This document shows positions 13,523 through 26,484 of a stretch of 64,000 nucleotides of DNA, one piece after another. Each line of letters opens with the position of its first letter. Position 1 is the first letter of the stretch. This DNA is from Owenia fusiformis. Taxonomy: Eukaryota. The notes under the pieces are model-generated. The model was not told the DNA's origin, did no database searches, and saw only the letters and a program-made list of their open reading frames with translations. Location of the stretch: assembly GCA_903813345.2 (NCBI GenBank), contig CAIIXF020000001.1, forward strand, positions 31,496,001 to 31,560,000. Direction: 5' to 3'. A program made the translations under genes and the position numbers.

Positions 13523-16471
13523 ATTTCTAGCCTCTAGTACAAAATAAAACACGTGTAAAATCGTCTAGTTTACACACAATTCACAGCTTTTTCAACGTGC
13601 GTGTATTTCACAAAGACAAACAAACCACTTCCTACTTTGTTACCATGTATACATAACATGCAAATTCAGTTATAGGCACACTTTAGGCACTTTATACACA
13701 CTGTATGCCGCTGCCCTCGGCACAGTATTGTCGTATATCAACACAATGTGGGGGCAAGATACACTTTATCTTGTTACGCTACCATTAAAATTGTATTCTT
13801 TGCTGAATTACGTTCTTTGACGTTTCTAAGTAATACAGGAGAGATATATTTGTTTATGGTCATCAATGGTTTAGCACCAACTCATTAAAAAGATCAATGC
13901 AGCATTTTCAAATGGCACGACTTGATGTATTCTGCCTTTCACCACAGGCATTTGGCAAGCAGTTGAACAAGAAGTTAAAACACATGTGCAGAAAGGAGTG
14001 ATATGTATACAAATTATGGAGCTTGCAATTCCACAGGAATTGTAATCATCAGGTGGGGAGAGATCCTGATGTGCAAGTATGCGTATTGTGCGTGTGTAGG
14101 ACAGCAAAGAAAACAAGAACTTTGAGTCGAGGATTTCCTCAGAATAATCAAAACACAACAGGTTCACAGGAAAATATTTTATTTGGGGGTGGTAGTCGTA
14201 TATTCTCTCAGGATTGGTAAGATAACAAGTTTGCAGCAGCAAAATTATTCAGGCTATTTATCTACAGCAATTTTATTGTTCACTGATACATCTGCATTTG
14301 CAGATGTCACCCGATAGTCGATTTGTAGAGTTCACTTTGTAGATTTCACTGAAGTGATTGCCCTTTGGCAATCGATACTCCCATACACCACTGTTTGAAG
14401 TGACTGCCCTTTGGCAATCTATACTGCCATACACCACTGTTTGAAGTGACTGCCCTTTGGCAATCTATACTGCCATACACCACTGTTTGAAGTGACTGCC
14501 CTTTGGCAATCTATACTGCTATACACCTATGTTTGTTGCTGTATTGTTTGTCCTGTATGTTACGCAATCTGTATCTGTCGGCAGCAACTGAACCTAAATG
14601 TTATGATATCAAATCACAGAAACCTGAAACGTTGTCCATTTTAAAATGATAAAACACATTAATATGCCATAACTATACTGCATAAATTGGGCTGTCAACT
14701 GCAAACTGCCAAACTGCAACGAACTTCATCGGCTTGAACTGCACCAGGTTCTAAAATTAAGCCAGTTTTATACAATATTTACTTTCAAAATGTCATCACA
14801 TTGATTCAGTATTAAAATTTGCATCGAGTCTGAACTGTATGGACTCTAAGCTGCATGAACTCATAAGTTGTGTTGCCAAGATGCATTGACTAAACTACAC
14901 ATACGTTTCTCAAGATATTTCAATACATTTACGTTTCATTCCAGTTAACAAATACGAAATATTTAGCAGGTGTTCAATCAGTTTTTATCACAATACCAAA
15001 TCATTTCCCAACATAGCTGCTCGAAGTTTCAAATGCAGGCTACACAAGCCTATACCATTCGAGATCACCAAGGTTACTGCTTGAGACGCCGAAGGTCACT
15101 GCTTGAGATATCGAAGGTCACTGCTTGACATGTCGAAGGTCACTGCTTGAGATATCGAAGGTCACTGCTTGAAGTTGTTGAGTTCACTGCTCGAAGTGCT
15201 CAAGGTCACCGCTTGAAGTTATTGAGGTCACTGCTCGAAGTGCTCAAGGTCACTGCTTGAAGTTATTGAGGTCACTGCTCGAAGTGCTCAAGGTCACTGC
15301 TTAAAGGTCACTGCTTGAGGTATCCAATGTGAGCATCAGCAATACAACCTACAACTGGTTACATATACAATAACCTAAAACTGTTGAGAATATTACAATG
15401 GCTAAAAATATCCTTCCTCGCCTTGTAAATCTAAAACTGTGGCGAGTTATACAATGAGTCACATCAATTTTCAATAGCTACTGGGGACAATACACGATCA
15501 CATAAAATACTGGTAAAATATCTTTACACTGATAATAATGCGTTAGATCAGCAAACGTGCAAACTGTTCATTTCATCACATTCAAAATTACATTGCATTA
15601 CCATACTCAGGATCAGCTAGGGTACATGTACTGCACTGCCTCACAACAGCGTCGTTACACTGCACTGCTATGGTTCCTCGTATAGCTGCACTATTGCTGC
15701 ACGCCTCTGCTGAACTGCATTAGCTCGACTAAACTTCTCCCCGAAGTACGCTGAAGCATGAATCAACGTTGCTGCGCTGCACTGTACTGTGAATCAGTGT
15801 AGACTACACTGCTACTTGCTGAATTCCTAGATAGCGGAAACCACTGGACCGCGTTTACTCGAAATTACATGCAGCATTGCATGAAATCTACTGAGTTTCT
15901 TGAGGTCGTGTTGTTGTACTGCTGTATTTTAACTGGGTTACGCTTCTTGCGATTAGACCTAAAAATCCCTGGCCTACAATAAAGCTACGCATGCATCCAT
16001 GCATACATGATACAATACGATTTACACTAGTTTGAGCTATACTAGAGTTTACACTACATTTACACTAACTTTAAGATATACAAAAAGTTTACAGTGTTTT
16101 ACAAGCATTGCATATTTTAAACTACAATATACCTGGTTATTGGTTACCGTACATGTGTGGCTAAAGTCACGATCAAGCACAGTGGAAATGGCGATTTTGA
16201 CTCTCACCATAACTTGCTCAATCTTGAATTCCAAATTTGAAGCAACTGTAGATCGGCAACCAGGTCACTTGCAGGAAACTGTGGATGGATATCCCGTAGC
16301 TTCTAGCTTCACTATGCGTACGAAATGCGTATGGCCGAGCAGTTTACCTCGTGTTGCTGTGTTCCTGGCCGGAAATGCAGATATCTGGTTTCTGCTTGCA
16401 GGCACCTTTCCCCCTCTCTTATAGGCCGGAGACGCAGACGTAGTTGTTGCTGTCTGTAAGCTGCCACCAAA

Positions 16472-17055
16472 TGTAACCGGACGAAACGGGGAGGGGAATG
16501 GGACTTTTAAACAGAGCCTAATAGATCAAATATAACATGCAACACGACAAGCAATATAAAATATAACAATATGTACAAGGTTTATTTATTTAAAATCAAT
16601 CAATAGAACATAGCAGTATTATTTATTGCACTGATAGAAAGAACAATTGAAGCATTTATGATAAACAAGTTTAACCTAATTAGAAATGTAAATGTCTTTA
16701 AAAGAATGTCTTTTAAATGAATACTACAGAAATGTCTATACGAAATGTCTATTAAAATATAATAAAAGCTATGCGAGACGATATAAGGCACTTGGTTGTG
16801 GGAAATCGTCCTTCAAGGGGCGTGGAAAGTTCTGCTCGAGATGGCGGGGAACTTGGCTGACTGTGTGTTGAAATCCTACGGTGATAGTTTCTTCGATCAG
16901 CGAATTCCAGCTGCTACGGCATCCCAACGGACTGCTGTAGATTCACAGCTTACGAATCCTTATCTTAGGTTGATCATTGCTGTCTATCGTCGTTGATGAA
17001 GTCTCTATCCCGGTGTCACATCCAGTCCATAAACAGGAATCCGTTCACCTAGAAA
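16472..17055 (-). repeat. 5' LTR of copy 2, cut by a gap
   Basis: Begins TGTAACCGGACG on +; matches about 2468-3040. Confidence 0.92.
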
Positions 17056-19378
17056 NNNNNNNNNNNNNNNNNNNNNNNNNNNNNNNNNNNNNNNNNNNNN
17101 NNNNNNNNNNNNNNNNNNNNNNNNNNNNNNNNNNNNNNNNNNNNNNNNNNNNNNNNNNNNNNNNNNNNNNNNNNNNNNNNNNNNNNNNNNNNNNNNNNNN
17201 NNNNNNNNNNNNNNNNNNNNNNNNNNNNNNNNNNNNNNNNNNNNNNNNNNNNNNNNNNNNNNNNNNNNNNNNNNNNNNNNNNNNNNNNNNNNNNNNNNNN
17301 NNNNNNNNNNNNNNNNNNNNNNNNNNNNNNNNNNNNNNNNNNNNNNNNNNNNNNNNNNNNNNNNNNNNNNNNNNNNNNNNNNNNNNNNNNNNNNNNNNNN
17401 NNNNNNNNNNNNNNNNNNNNNNNNNNNNNNNNNNNNNNNNNNNNNNNNNNNNNNNNNNNNNNNNNNNNNNNNNNNNNNNNNNNNNNNNNNNNNNNNNNNN
17501 NNNNNNNNNNNNNNNNNNNNNNNNNNNNNNNNNNNNNNNNNNNNNNNNNNNNNNNAGTGACATCAATAACTTCAAGCAGCGGCCTTCGATATCTCAGGCA
17601 GTGACCTTCGATATCTCAAGCTGTGACCTTTGATATCTCAAGCAGTGACCTACGATATCTCAAGCAGTGACCTTCGATATGTCAAGAAGTGACCTTCGTC
17701 GTCTCAAGCAGTAACCTTGGTGACCTCGAATGGTATAGGCCTTTGTAGCCTGCAGTTGAAACTCGAAGCAACTACGTTAGGAAATGATTTGATATTGCGA
17801 TAAAACTGATTGAAAACCTGCTAAATATTTCATATTCGTTAACTGGTATGAAACGTAAATGCATTGAAATATCTTGAGAAACTTCTATGTAGCTTGGTCA
17901 ATGAAACTTAGTCAACTAAAGCTGATACTTCATGAAGCTTTGAGTACACATAGTTCAGATTCGACGCAGTTTAATAGTGAATCAATGTGGTAACATTTTG
18001 CAAGTGAATATTGTATAAAACTGACTTAATTTTAGAAGCTGGTGCAGTTCAAGCCGATGCAGTTCAAGCCGATGTAGTTCGTTGCAGTTTGCAGTTGACA
18101 GCCCAATTTATGCAGTATAATTATGACATATCAATGTGTTTTATCATTTTAAAATGGACAACGTTTCAGGTTGCTGTGATTTAATGTAACAGCATTTAGG
18201 TTCAGTAGCTGCTGACAATTAATAAAGATAGAGATTGTGGAGCATACAATACAGCAACAAACGGCAGTCACATCCTCAGCCATTGCCAAAGGGCAGTCCC
18301 TTCAAAAAGTTCATCGGTGCATACAGTAGCAGTATAGGTTGCCAAAGGGCAATCACTTCAAACAGTGTTGCGTAGCAGTGTAGATTGCCAAAGGGCAGTT
18401 ACTTCAAACAGCAGTGCTTAGCAGTTTACATTGCCAAAGGGCAGTGACCTCAAACAGTGAATCCTACAAAAGTGATCTCTACAAGTGTGAATACCATGTA
18501 TCTTCTGCAAAGGCAGATATATTCCTGAAACATAAAATAAAGAATTGTTGTAAATAAATAAAATTCAGTGAATTTGTTGTCTCGACTACCTTGAGAGAAT
18601 CTCGTATTGAACGACCTCCCAAATAAAGACTTGTGTTAAATCCTGTTGTGTTTTGATTATCCTGTGAATATCTACGTATTTGACTACTCCAAAATTCTTG
18701 TTCTCTTTGTTATCACACACACGCACAATACGCATACTTGCATATCAGGATCTCTCCACACCTGATGATTACAATTCCTGTGGAATTGCAAGCTCCATAA
18801 TTTGTACATACATATAACTCCTTTCTACACATGTATTTGAACTTTTCGTTTAACTGCTTGCCAAATGCCTGTGGTGAAAGGCAGAATACATCAACTCATG
18901 CCATTTGAAAATGCTGCATTGATCTTTTTAATGTGTTGGTGCTAAACCATTGATGACCATAAACAAATATATTTCTCCTGTATAACTTAGAAACGTCAAA
19001 GAACGTAATTCAGCAAAGAATACATACAGTTTTAATGGTAGCGTAACAAGATAAAGTGTGTCTTGCCCCCACATTGTGTTGATTAATCAAGGCCGTGTGC
19101 GGCTCAAATATATTCGACCAACTGATTGTTTGAAAAATAAATGTTGTCATAAGATACCCTTTGTGTGATCGTGAAAACCTTTGTATAACTGTATCGTTGA
19201 AAATATTATATGACAATACTGTGCCGAGGGCAGCGGCATACAGTGTGTATAAAGTGCATAATTTGCATTTATGTATACATGGTAACGAAGTTACCTGAAT
19301 GCCATATATTTTGTGAAATAACTTGTAAAAGTCGCGGATTTTGCGTTTAGAAGACAATTTTAAAGGTGTAATTTAGCA

Positions 19379-22300
19379 ATGGAGCCTAGAAATACACAGC
19401 ATGATAATTTTGAAAACCATGAGAAACGGCAAATGAACTATGCGAAGGATGAACAGACATATGGAAAAGCGTCATCTATGAAAAATTGTGATTCTTCGAA
19501 TGAAATGGAGAACTACAAGAGGTGTACATACAAGGCTAAGCCTGATACATATAATGGCGAAATTTCATGGCGAGATTATGAGTCGCATTTTGAGATATGC
19601 GCAGAGATAAATGGATGGAACACGGTCCAAAAAGCTAAAATATTAGCAATCCATTTGACAGGCGCTGCTAGAGAAGTATTAACAGATACACCGATAGAAA
19701 GCAGATCAGATTATGAAGTATTAACACAGAGGCTGAAAACACGATTCTCCCCAGAGCAGAAGGAAATAAACAAGTGTAATTTGAAAAATAAAAGAAGGGG
19801 AATGTCAGAATCGTTGACTGAATTGGGGCAATATCTGCGTAGGCAGACAGCTTTAGCGTATCCTGGATTTGATTTTTCTTTGAGAGAAGAGATTGCCTTT
19901 GACCATTTTATGGTTGCAATTTCTAAACAGTCGGATATGAAAACTTATATCAGGCTCTCGAAAGCAAAAACCCTGGATGAAGCAATATCCGCTGGTCTAG
20001 AATGGGAATCTTACAAGGTTATAGATGGCGTACATGCAGAAGCCTCCGACCAAAATGAAATTGAAAAGCCAAATATGATTTTGACTGTAGAAAAAGAACA
20101 AACCTATGTAGAGAAAATACTACAATTAGTAAAAGAGCAGCAAGAAGCCATCGATGATTTAAATAGAGAATTAGCAGATATCAGATCATTTAATGGTGGT
20201 ATTGATCAAAGTGAGAGTTTGAATACTTTACATGACGTCACGTGTTTTAATTGCCAGGGAAATCACACATCGAGTATGTGTCCTGATATTTTATACTGTA
20301 CAAGATGTCACAATGAAAGACATGTTAAAGAATTTTGTACAACTGATGTGGGTGAAAACACAGGAGAAAGAAGATCTCATCATAGAGAATTCTCAAAATA
20401 CAGCTACAACCACAAACTTAGGAGAAGGAGAAGACATTTTGAGAAGTTTGGTGGTAACAGAAACTATTATAGGGACAGTGTAACTGGAAAAAGTAATGTG
20501 GACAGAATACCAAGATTGGAGCAAGATTGGCGAAATCAAAACCAATCCAATGACAATGGAAAAGTGGAGAGCTCTGGGACAGAACGAAACGTGAATATAG
20601 ATTTTACCCCAGAATTGACTAAGATGGTGAAACAAGTAGAAAAATACAAAGACCAAGATATCATAAATAGCATTCTTGAAGACGGTTTATTTGTAAAAGC
20701 AAAACTAGAGACAGGGACGGTTAGTTTTCTAATTGACAGCGGATCATGTATCTCAATCATCTCTATGGAAAAGTTCATGGAAATTGGAAAAGAGAAGGAC
20801 ATAATTGTGCCACCTTATAATGGGTTCAAAAATGCAGATGGCAGCCAGTTACCACTAGTTGGCTACAGCAATATTAGCCTTGGAATTGGAGATGGCGTTT
20901 TTCAACACAAAATTTGGATAGCGCATATAAGTGTAGATGCCATTTTGGGAATGGATTTTATGGTCCAGCACAAATGTATGTTAGACATGGGAAATGGACG
21001 CATGCGCATTGGAGAAAATTATGTAGATTGTTGGACACGAGATTCACAGCCTGTGATAAAAGTACTTGTTAACAGCACAGTGAAAGTACCACCAATGAGC
21101 GAATTGATTGTGAAAGGTCGGATTAATAGAATAAGTGGTCCATACAATGTAGGCAAGAGGCAGTTAGGTGTTGTTGAACCATCACAAACATTTAATGACA
21201 AGCATGATGTAATGATTGGCAGGTCGTTGGTCGACCTAAAAGATAAAAAGGAACAGGTGATACCATTGAGAGTATTGAATCCGACAGATCAACCTATTGT
21301 CATATACAAGAATACAAGAGCAGCCGAGGTAGAGTTAATTGACAAAATCGATCATGTTCTTGATCAGTATGGAAACAGGATAAATGCAGTATCCTCTTCA
21401 GATAGTAAGCCATCGCAGAATATTCCAGAGTATTTAAAAGATCTACATGAAAGAAGCAGTAAACATCTAAATAATGAACAATCACAGTTGATTGGAGATC
21501 TACTAATTAGATACAAAGACATATTCGCAAAATCATCAGATGACTTAGGGAAAACATCAATAGTTGAGCACACTATAGATACGGGGAACCATGCACCAAT
21601 AAGACAACCTCCAAGAAGACAAGCCTTAGCACAGCAGAAAGTAGTAACAGAGGAAGTGGAGAAGATGTTAAAGAATGGGATTATAGAACCATCAAATAGC
21701 CCTTGGTCATCACCAGTGGTATTGGTTAAGAAAAAGGATGGAACCACACGCTTTTGCATAGACTATAAGAAACTCAACGAGGTTACGAGGAAAGATGCAT
21801 ATCCAATACCTCGACTAGACACGTGCCTTGACAGCTTAGCTGGAGCACAGTGGTTTTGTTCCATGGATTTAGCAAGTGGTTACTGGCAGGTCAAGATGCA
21901 CGAGGCTGATAAAGACAAAACTAGTTTTGTTGTAAAAGATGGATTATTCTCATTTAACGTCCTACCATTCGGACTGACAAATGCCCCAAGCACTTTCCAA
22001 AGATTAATGGAAACAGTACTCCGTGGATTGCAATGGAAAACGTCCCTATTGTACATCGACGACGTCCTTACATGGGGTACAACTTTTGAAAACACCTTGA
22101 ATAATTTACAGGAAGTATTTGAAAGAATCAGGAAGTCTGGAATGAAGTTGAAGCCCAAGAAATGTTCATTATTCCAGAAAGACTTGATCTTCTTAGGACA
22201 CAAAGTGTCAAGGGATGGCATTGAAACTGACCCAGTTAAAGTAGAAAGGATCGTGAACTGGAAGACGCCACGTTGCCAGAAAGAGGTACGAGCTTTCAAC

Positions 22301-24619
22301 GGATTTGTAGGATATTACAGGAAGTTCATCAAGAATTACTCCACTATTGCAAGGCCTCTGAATCAACTTTGTGAGAAGACACAAAAATTTGTGTGGTCAA
22401 AGGAGTGTGAAACAGCTTTCCAAACACTAAAGACCGCAATAGCATCAGCTCCCATATTGGCCTATCCAGAAGCTGATAGTCAATTTATATTAGACACAGA
22501 TGCATCTGACTTTGGTATCGGTGGTGTATTATCAATTGTTAAAGATGGAGTAGAGAAACCTGTTACATACTCAAGTCGAACACTCAATAAGTCGGAACGT
22601 AGATACTGCGTCACCAGAAAAGAATTGTTAGCCGTTGTTGTATTTGTCAAGAAATTCAGACCATATCTTTATGGGAGGAAATTTGTCATAAGAACTGACC
22701 ACAAAGCTCTCAAATGGTTGTTCAAATTCAAAGAGCCAGATGGACAAATAGCAAGATGGCTAGAGATGCTAAGTTCCTATGACATGGAGATTCAACACCG
22801 TGCAGGAAAATCACATAGTAATGCAGATGGACTTTCAAGAATGGTATGTCCCCAGTGTGGTATGAAAGATGGGAAAGTCAACGCCATACATGAAAACACT
22901 TCAAGGCCACAAGAGAAACAGATACTGGAAGCATGGACATCAGAAGAAATTCGAAATATGCAACTGAATGATAAGGACATCAGTCCAATTCTAAGAGCAT
23001 TTGAAAGACAGAAACGACCGCAATGGAATCAAATTAGCAAGGAGAGTCCAGCAACTAAACATCTGAATTCTCAATGGGATAGATTAGAAATAAAAGGCGG
23101 CATTTTGTACAGGCGCTTTGAATCTGACACTGGAGACAAGGTTACATTTCAAATGGTACTTCCCAAGAGACTGCACAGAGATGTATTGTTTCAGTTGCAC
23201 AGTATGCCAACAGGAGGACACTTAGGAGTGATGAAAACTGTTGAAAAGATTAGGGAAAGATTTTACTGGCATAGTTTGCGTAGTGATGTTAGAAATTGGT
23301 GTCATCAATGTGACCAATGTGCATCACGGAAACCAAATCTAAAGAAGAAAAGGGCAAAGATGAAACTTTATCAGGTAGGAGCTCCAATGGAGAGAATTGC
23401 AACAGATATTCTGGGTCCTCTACCCACATCAGAAAAGGGAAACAAGTATATTTTAATCGTAGCAGATTATTTCACCAAATGGACAGAGGCCTACGCAATG
23501 CCTAATCAGGAAACAGAAACAATAGCTGAGATAGTGAGCAAGGAATTTATTTGTAGATGGGGCTGTCCAATGGCCATGCACAGTGACCAAGGAAGAAATT
23601 ACGAGTCCAAGGTTTTTCAAGAAGTATGCAAGGCTTTTGGAATTAATAAAACAAGAACCACGCCACTAAGACCATGCTCTGACGGAATGGTTGAACGGTT
23701 TAACCGCACACTAGAGAGTATGCTGAGCATGTTTGTAGAAAAGCATCAACGTGATTGGGATGAGTACTTGCCATATTTGATGTTAGCTTATCGCACCTCA
23801 GTTCATGACACATCACAATTTACACCATGTGAAATGATGCTTGGAAGGCAATTGAACTTGCCAGTAGATATAGTGTTTGGATCACCACCCGGAGAAAATG
23901 ATAAAGAGGAGACTGAATATGTAGCAACAATGAAGAACAGAATGGAAAGTGCACATGCCTTTGCTAGAGAGAGTCTCAAAAAGAACAGTCTAAGACAAAA
24001 GAAGAATTATGATATGAGAGCAGGAGATACCACAATGCATGAAGGAGATGCTGTTTGGCTGCATTGTCCAATAAGGAAGCCAGGTATCTCACCAAAATTG
24101 CAAAGACCGTATCAAGGACCTTACGTAATCACGAAAAGAATAAGTGACATAACGTTTAGGATCCAAAGATCAAAAAGGAGTAAAGCCACTGTAGTCCATA
24201 TTGACAGGTTGAAACCATATACAGGAGAAAATAAGCCCATTTGGTACAGGAAAAGAGAAACAGATTTAGACCAGACAGTAGCGGAACAAGTAGAAAATCC
24301 AGTACATCAAGAGAGGCAAAGAGCAACACAAGCAGAAGCACCCGTGGACGAAGTGGAGCGAAATGAAACTGAGAATGATGGTGTAAATGAAGATGATGCT
24401 GATATACAGATGGATCAACAAGAAGATGATCATAGAGAATCAGAAGAATTTTATGAAGTTGAGAAAATTCTAGGGAAACGAAAAAGGAATGGAAGAGATG
24501 AATTTTTGTGCAAATGGAAAGGATGGGATTCTCGACATAACACATTTGAGCCATTCTCACATTTGAATGAATCTGCCAAAGAATACATTAGGAATCATGT
24601 GATTCCGGATGTAAAATAA
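19379..24619 (+). CDS. Intact single-ORF Gag-Pol, 1746 aa: Gag with 2 Zn knuckles, protease, RT, RNase H, integrase, GPY/F, chromodomain
   Basis: CFNCQGNHTSSMC and CTRCHNERHVKEFC; FLIDSGS; RFCIDY...LYIDD; LDTDAS; GGHLG...CDQC; IATD/HSDQG/MVERFN; GPY; FYEVEKILG...CKWKGW...NTFEP. Confidence 0.97.
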   Translation: MEPRNTQHDNFENHEKRQMNYAKDEQTYGKASSMKNCDSSNEMENYKRCTYKAKPDTYNGEISWRDYESHFEICAEINGWNTVQKAKILAIHLTGAAREVLTDTPIESRSDYEVLTQRLKTRFSPEQKEINKCNLKNKRRGMSESLTELGQYLRRQTALAYPGFDFSLREEIAFDHFMVAISKQSDMKTYIRLSKAKTLDEAISAGLEWESYKVIDGVHAEASDQNEIEKPNMILTVEKEQTYVEKILQLVKEQQEAIDDLNRELADIRSFNGGIDQSESLNTLHDVTCFNCQGNHTSSMCPDILYCTRCHNERHVKEFCTTDVGENTGERRSHHREFSKYSYNHKLRRRRRHFEKFGGNRNYYRDSVTGKSNVDRIPRLEQDWRNQNQSNDNGKVESSGTERNVNIDFTPELTKMVKQVEKYKDQDIINSILEDGLFVKAKLETGTVSFLIDSGSCISIISMEKFMEIGKEKDIIVPPYNGFKNADGSQLPLVGYSNISLGIGDGVFQHKIWIAHISVDAILGMDFMVQHKCMLDMGNGRMRIGENYVDCWTRDSQPVIKVLVNSTVKVPPMSELIVKGRINRISGPYNVGKRQLGVVEPSQTFNDKHDVMIGRSLVDLKDKKEQVIPLRVLNPTDQPIVIYKNTRAAEVELIDKIDHVLDQYGNRINAVSSSDSKPSQNIPEYLKDLHERSSKHLNNEQSQLIGDLLIRYKDIFAKSSDDLGKTSIVEHTIDTGNHAPIRQPPRRQALAQQKVVTEEVEKMLKNGIIEPSNSPWSSPVVLVKKKDGTTRFCIDYKKLNEVTRKDAYPIPRLDTCLDSLAGAQWFCSMDLASGYWQVKMHEADKDKTSFVVKDGLFSFNVLPFGLTNAPSTFQRLMETVLRGLQWKTSLLYIDDVLTWGTTFENTLNNLQEVFERIRKSGMKLKPKKCSLFQKDLIFLGHKVSRDGIETDPVKVERIVNWKTPRCQKEVRAFNGFVGYYRKFIKNYSTIARPLNQLCEKTQKFVWSKECETAFQTLKTAIASAPILAYPEADSQFILDTDASDFGIGGVLSIVKDGVEKPVTYSSRTLNKSERRYCVTRKELLAVVVFVKKFRPYLYGRKFVIRTDHKALKWLFKFKEPDGQIARWLEMLSSYDMEIQHRAGKSHSNADGLSRMVCPQCGMKDGKVNAIHENTSRPQEKQILEAWTSEEIRNMQLNDKDISPILRAFERQKRPQWNQISKESPATKHLNSQWDRLEIKGGILYRRFESDTGDKVTFQMVLPKRLHRDVLFQLHSMPTGGHLGVMKTVEKIRERFYWHSLRSDVRNWCHQCDQCASRKPNLKKKRAKMKLYQVGAPMERIATDILGPLPTSEKGNKYILIVADYFTKWTEAYAMPNQETETIAEIVSKEFICRWGCPMAMHSDQGRNYESKVFQEVCKAFGINKTRTTPLRPCSDGMVERFNRTLESMLSMFVEKHQRDWDEYLPYLMLAYRTSVHDTSQFTPCEMMLGRQLNLPVDIVFGSPPGENDKEETEYVATMKNRMESAHAFARESLKKNSLRQKKNYDMRAGDTTMHEGDAVWLHCPIRKPGISPKLQRPYQGPYVITKRISDITFRIQRSKRSKATVVHIDRLKPYTGENKPIWYRKRETDLDQTVAEQVENPVHQERQRATQAEAPVDEVERNETENDGVNEDDADIQMDQQEDDHRESEEFYEVEKILGKRKRNGRDEFLCKWKGWDSRHNTFEPFSHLNESAKEYIRNHVIPDVK

Positions 24620-26473
24620 TCAGGGTACTTTTCCGAGCATAATGATTGTTGACGTATAATAATGACACTTATAGAAGATTAAGGATGTTTAGAATATATA
24701 TTGTTGTAAATAATTGTATAAATATGATGCGTTGACGATGGAACCCTCAGAGGATTTATTTACAGTTAAAGGTGATATGAAGTGAATATTATATATTAAG
24801 ATTCAAAAGTATGTGCTTCAATCATGATTGTAAATACTTGTATAGGTTGTTGATAGAAAACAAAAGTCAAGAAATGATTGGTGTAATGAATCAAATAATC
24901 TCAAATGCCATGTGAAAAGTAGAACAAAGAAAAAAATGTATATATAAGGTGGTGTGTAAAATTAAGAGAAGCAATATTAATCAGTTGTATAAACCAACTT
25001 TAGATGTTTTCCAAAACGCGTCATGTAATGCTTAAGAGTCAGCAAATACAGTTCTTGCCGTACTATATGCGTTCATGCAAGTAACTACTTGCCTTAAAGT
25101 GAATTGCATAGCTTGAAATAATGTATGCCGAAGTCTCTTTTGCAATGCCGTTAATGATTATTTGGAAAATGTTGAAAGGAAGTGCTTGGTGATCCAGAGC
25201 CTATGGAGTGATTATTTGGCTGGTAGTTACAATAGTGGATATATTGTTGGAAATGTTGTTTAAGAAAATGAATCTTCAGGCGTGCTGGATTCGTTTAAGA
25301 AATTACAACATGTATTTTACTTCTGATTTGTGTGACTGTGAGTGGGCTCGTAACCCATGAAACGACTGACGAAGATTAAATGTGATGTATGAATGTTAAT
25401 CATGTAAGAAATATGCTGTCCATTTTTAGACGATTTCGTCAACTGAAGATAGTTTAGATATGATTATGTTGTCGGCGTCATGAACCAAAACTGATCATTT
25501 TGAGTATCAATTGCTCATGCATTCTGTATTGTATTTACTTAGTGGATGTGCACGTACATTTGTGCTATGGGGAGGTGTGATACGATATTATGAATTGTGT
25601 CTGAAAGTTTGGAAAGACAGTTGGATCTCGATATGCTTGGTAGCTGCTAAATCAAGTTTCACTGATTATGGTTATGGTGATCCAGGTGATACAACTTTCA
25701 TAGAGTTGAAATAGTTGAAAATGATCAACTGGGATTAGAGTATTAGCTATGGATATATAGAGAGAGTAATATTTTTGGAAACTATTGTCATTTCGATCCA
25801 GATATGGATGATTCAGTTTCTCTTGAATAAGATGATGCATATACATCTATTGTTTTGTTTGATAGCTGCTCATGTTTTGTTGAAGAGGAATACAGAAATT
25901 CCAACCCATATAACGAAATAGTGTGATAATCAAAATGTATTTGGTAGCTGTAAATAGTAAAACCTATGGAGGAATACAGTATTATCATTAGCGGAAAATG
26001 TAAATAGCACTGGATATATATAATTTGGAGGAGATATGTGATTTGTTATGGCTAGATAGTCATCGCCTAGAAGTAATTTTGTCTTAACGAGGACGTTAAC
26101 TAAAGAAAGGAGGGGGTGAAAGCATCGTATCTGTGAATTTTTTTGTAAAAATTATTGAAATCTGCATTGTACATAGATATTGATTGATATTTTTGGAGCT
26201 GTTTGATGTCTAAGTATATAGACCTAACAGAGAGTTGTCTACTAAGTTACATTTTAAAGCCAAGGCCTTAATTGCTCACCATGTGAAGTTTCTATGAAGT
26301 GGATTTGAGTTTTATTTTGAAGAGGAGCGTGAAATTTCAACAAAGAGAACTGGTCAGTAAGATATAATGAAGTGAAAGTTTTGAAAATATGGAAATGAAA
26401 TGTACCAGTCACATATTTAACAAAATAGAATAGAGGAATATATTTAATGTTAATGACGAGGACGTCATTTTAT

Positions 26474-26484
26474 AAGAGGGGGAG
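26474..26484 (+). promoter_or_regulatory. Polypurine tract of copy 3
   Basis: AAGAGGGGGAG ends 3 nt before the LTR start TGTAAC. Confidence 0.85.

Larger units (their letters stand above)
7144..17055 (-). mobile_element. Ty3/Gypsy LTR retrotransposon copy 2, bounded by gaps on both sides
   Basis: Partial 5' LTR 16472-17055, PBS 16460-16469, leader, gag-pol, and a 3' UTR homologous to about 24620-25850. Confidence 0.95.

Noticed and set aside
13871..14242. 123-aa sense ORF in the leader of copy 2
   Set aside because: The homologous region of copy 3 (about 18575-18945) has stops and frameshifts; no recognisable motif.
14352..14530. 46-bp palindromic repeats as a CRISPR array
   Set aside because: Near-identical spacers inside a retrotransposon leader in a eukaryotic context.
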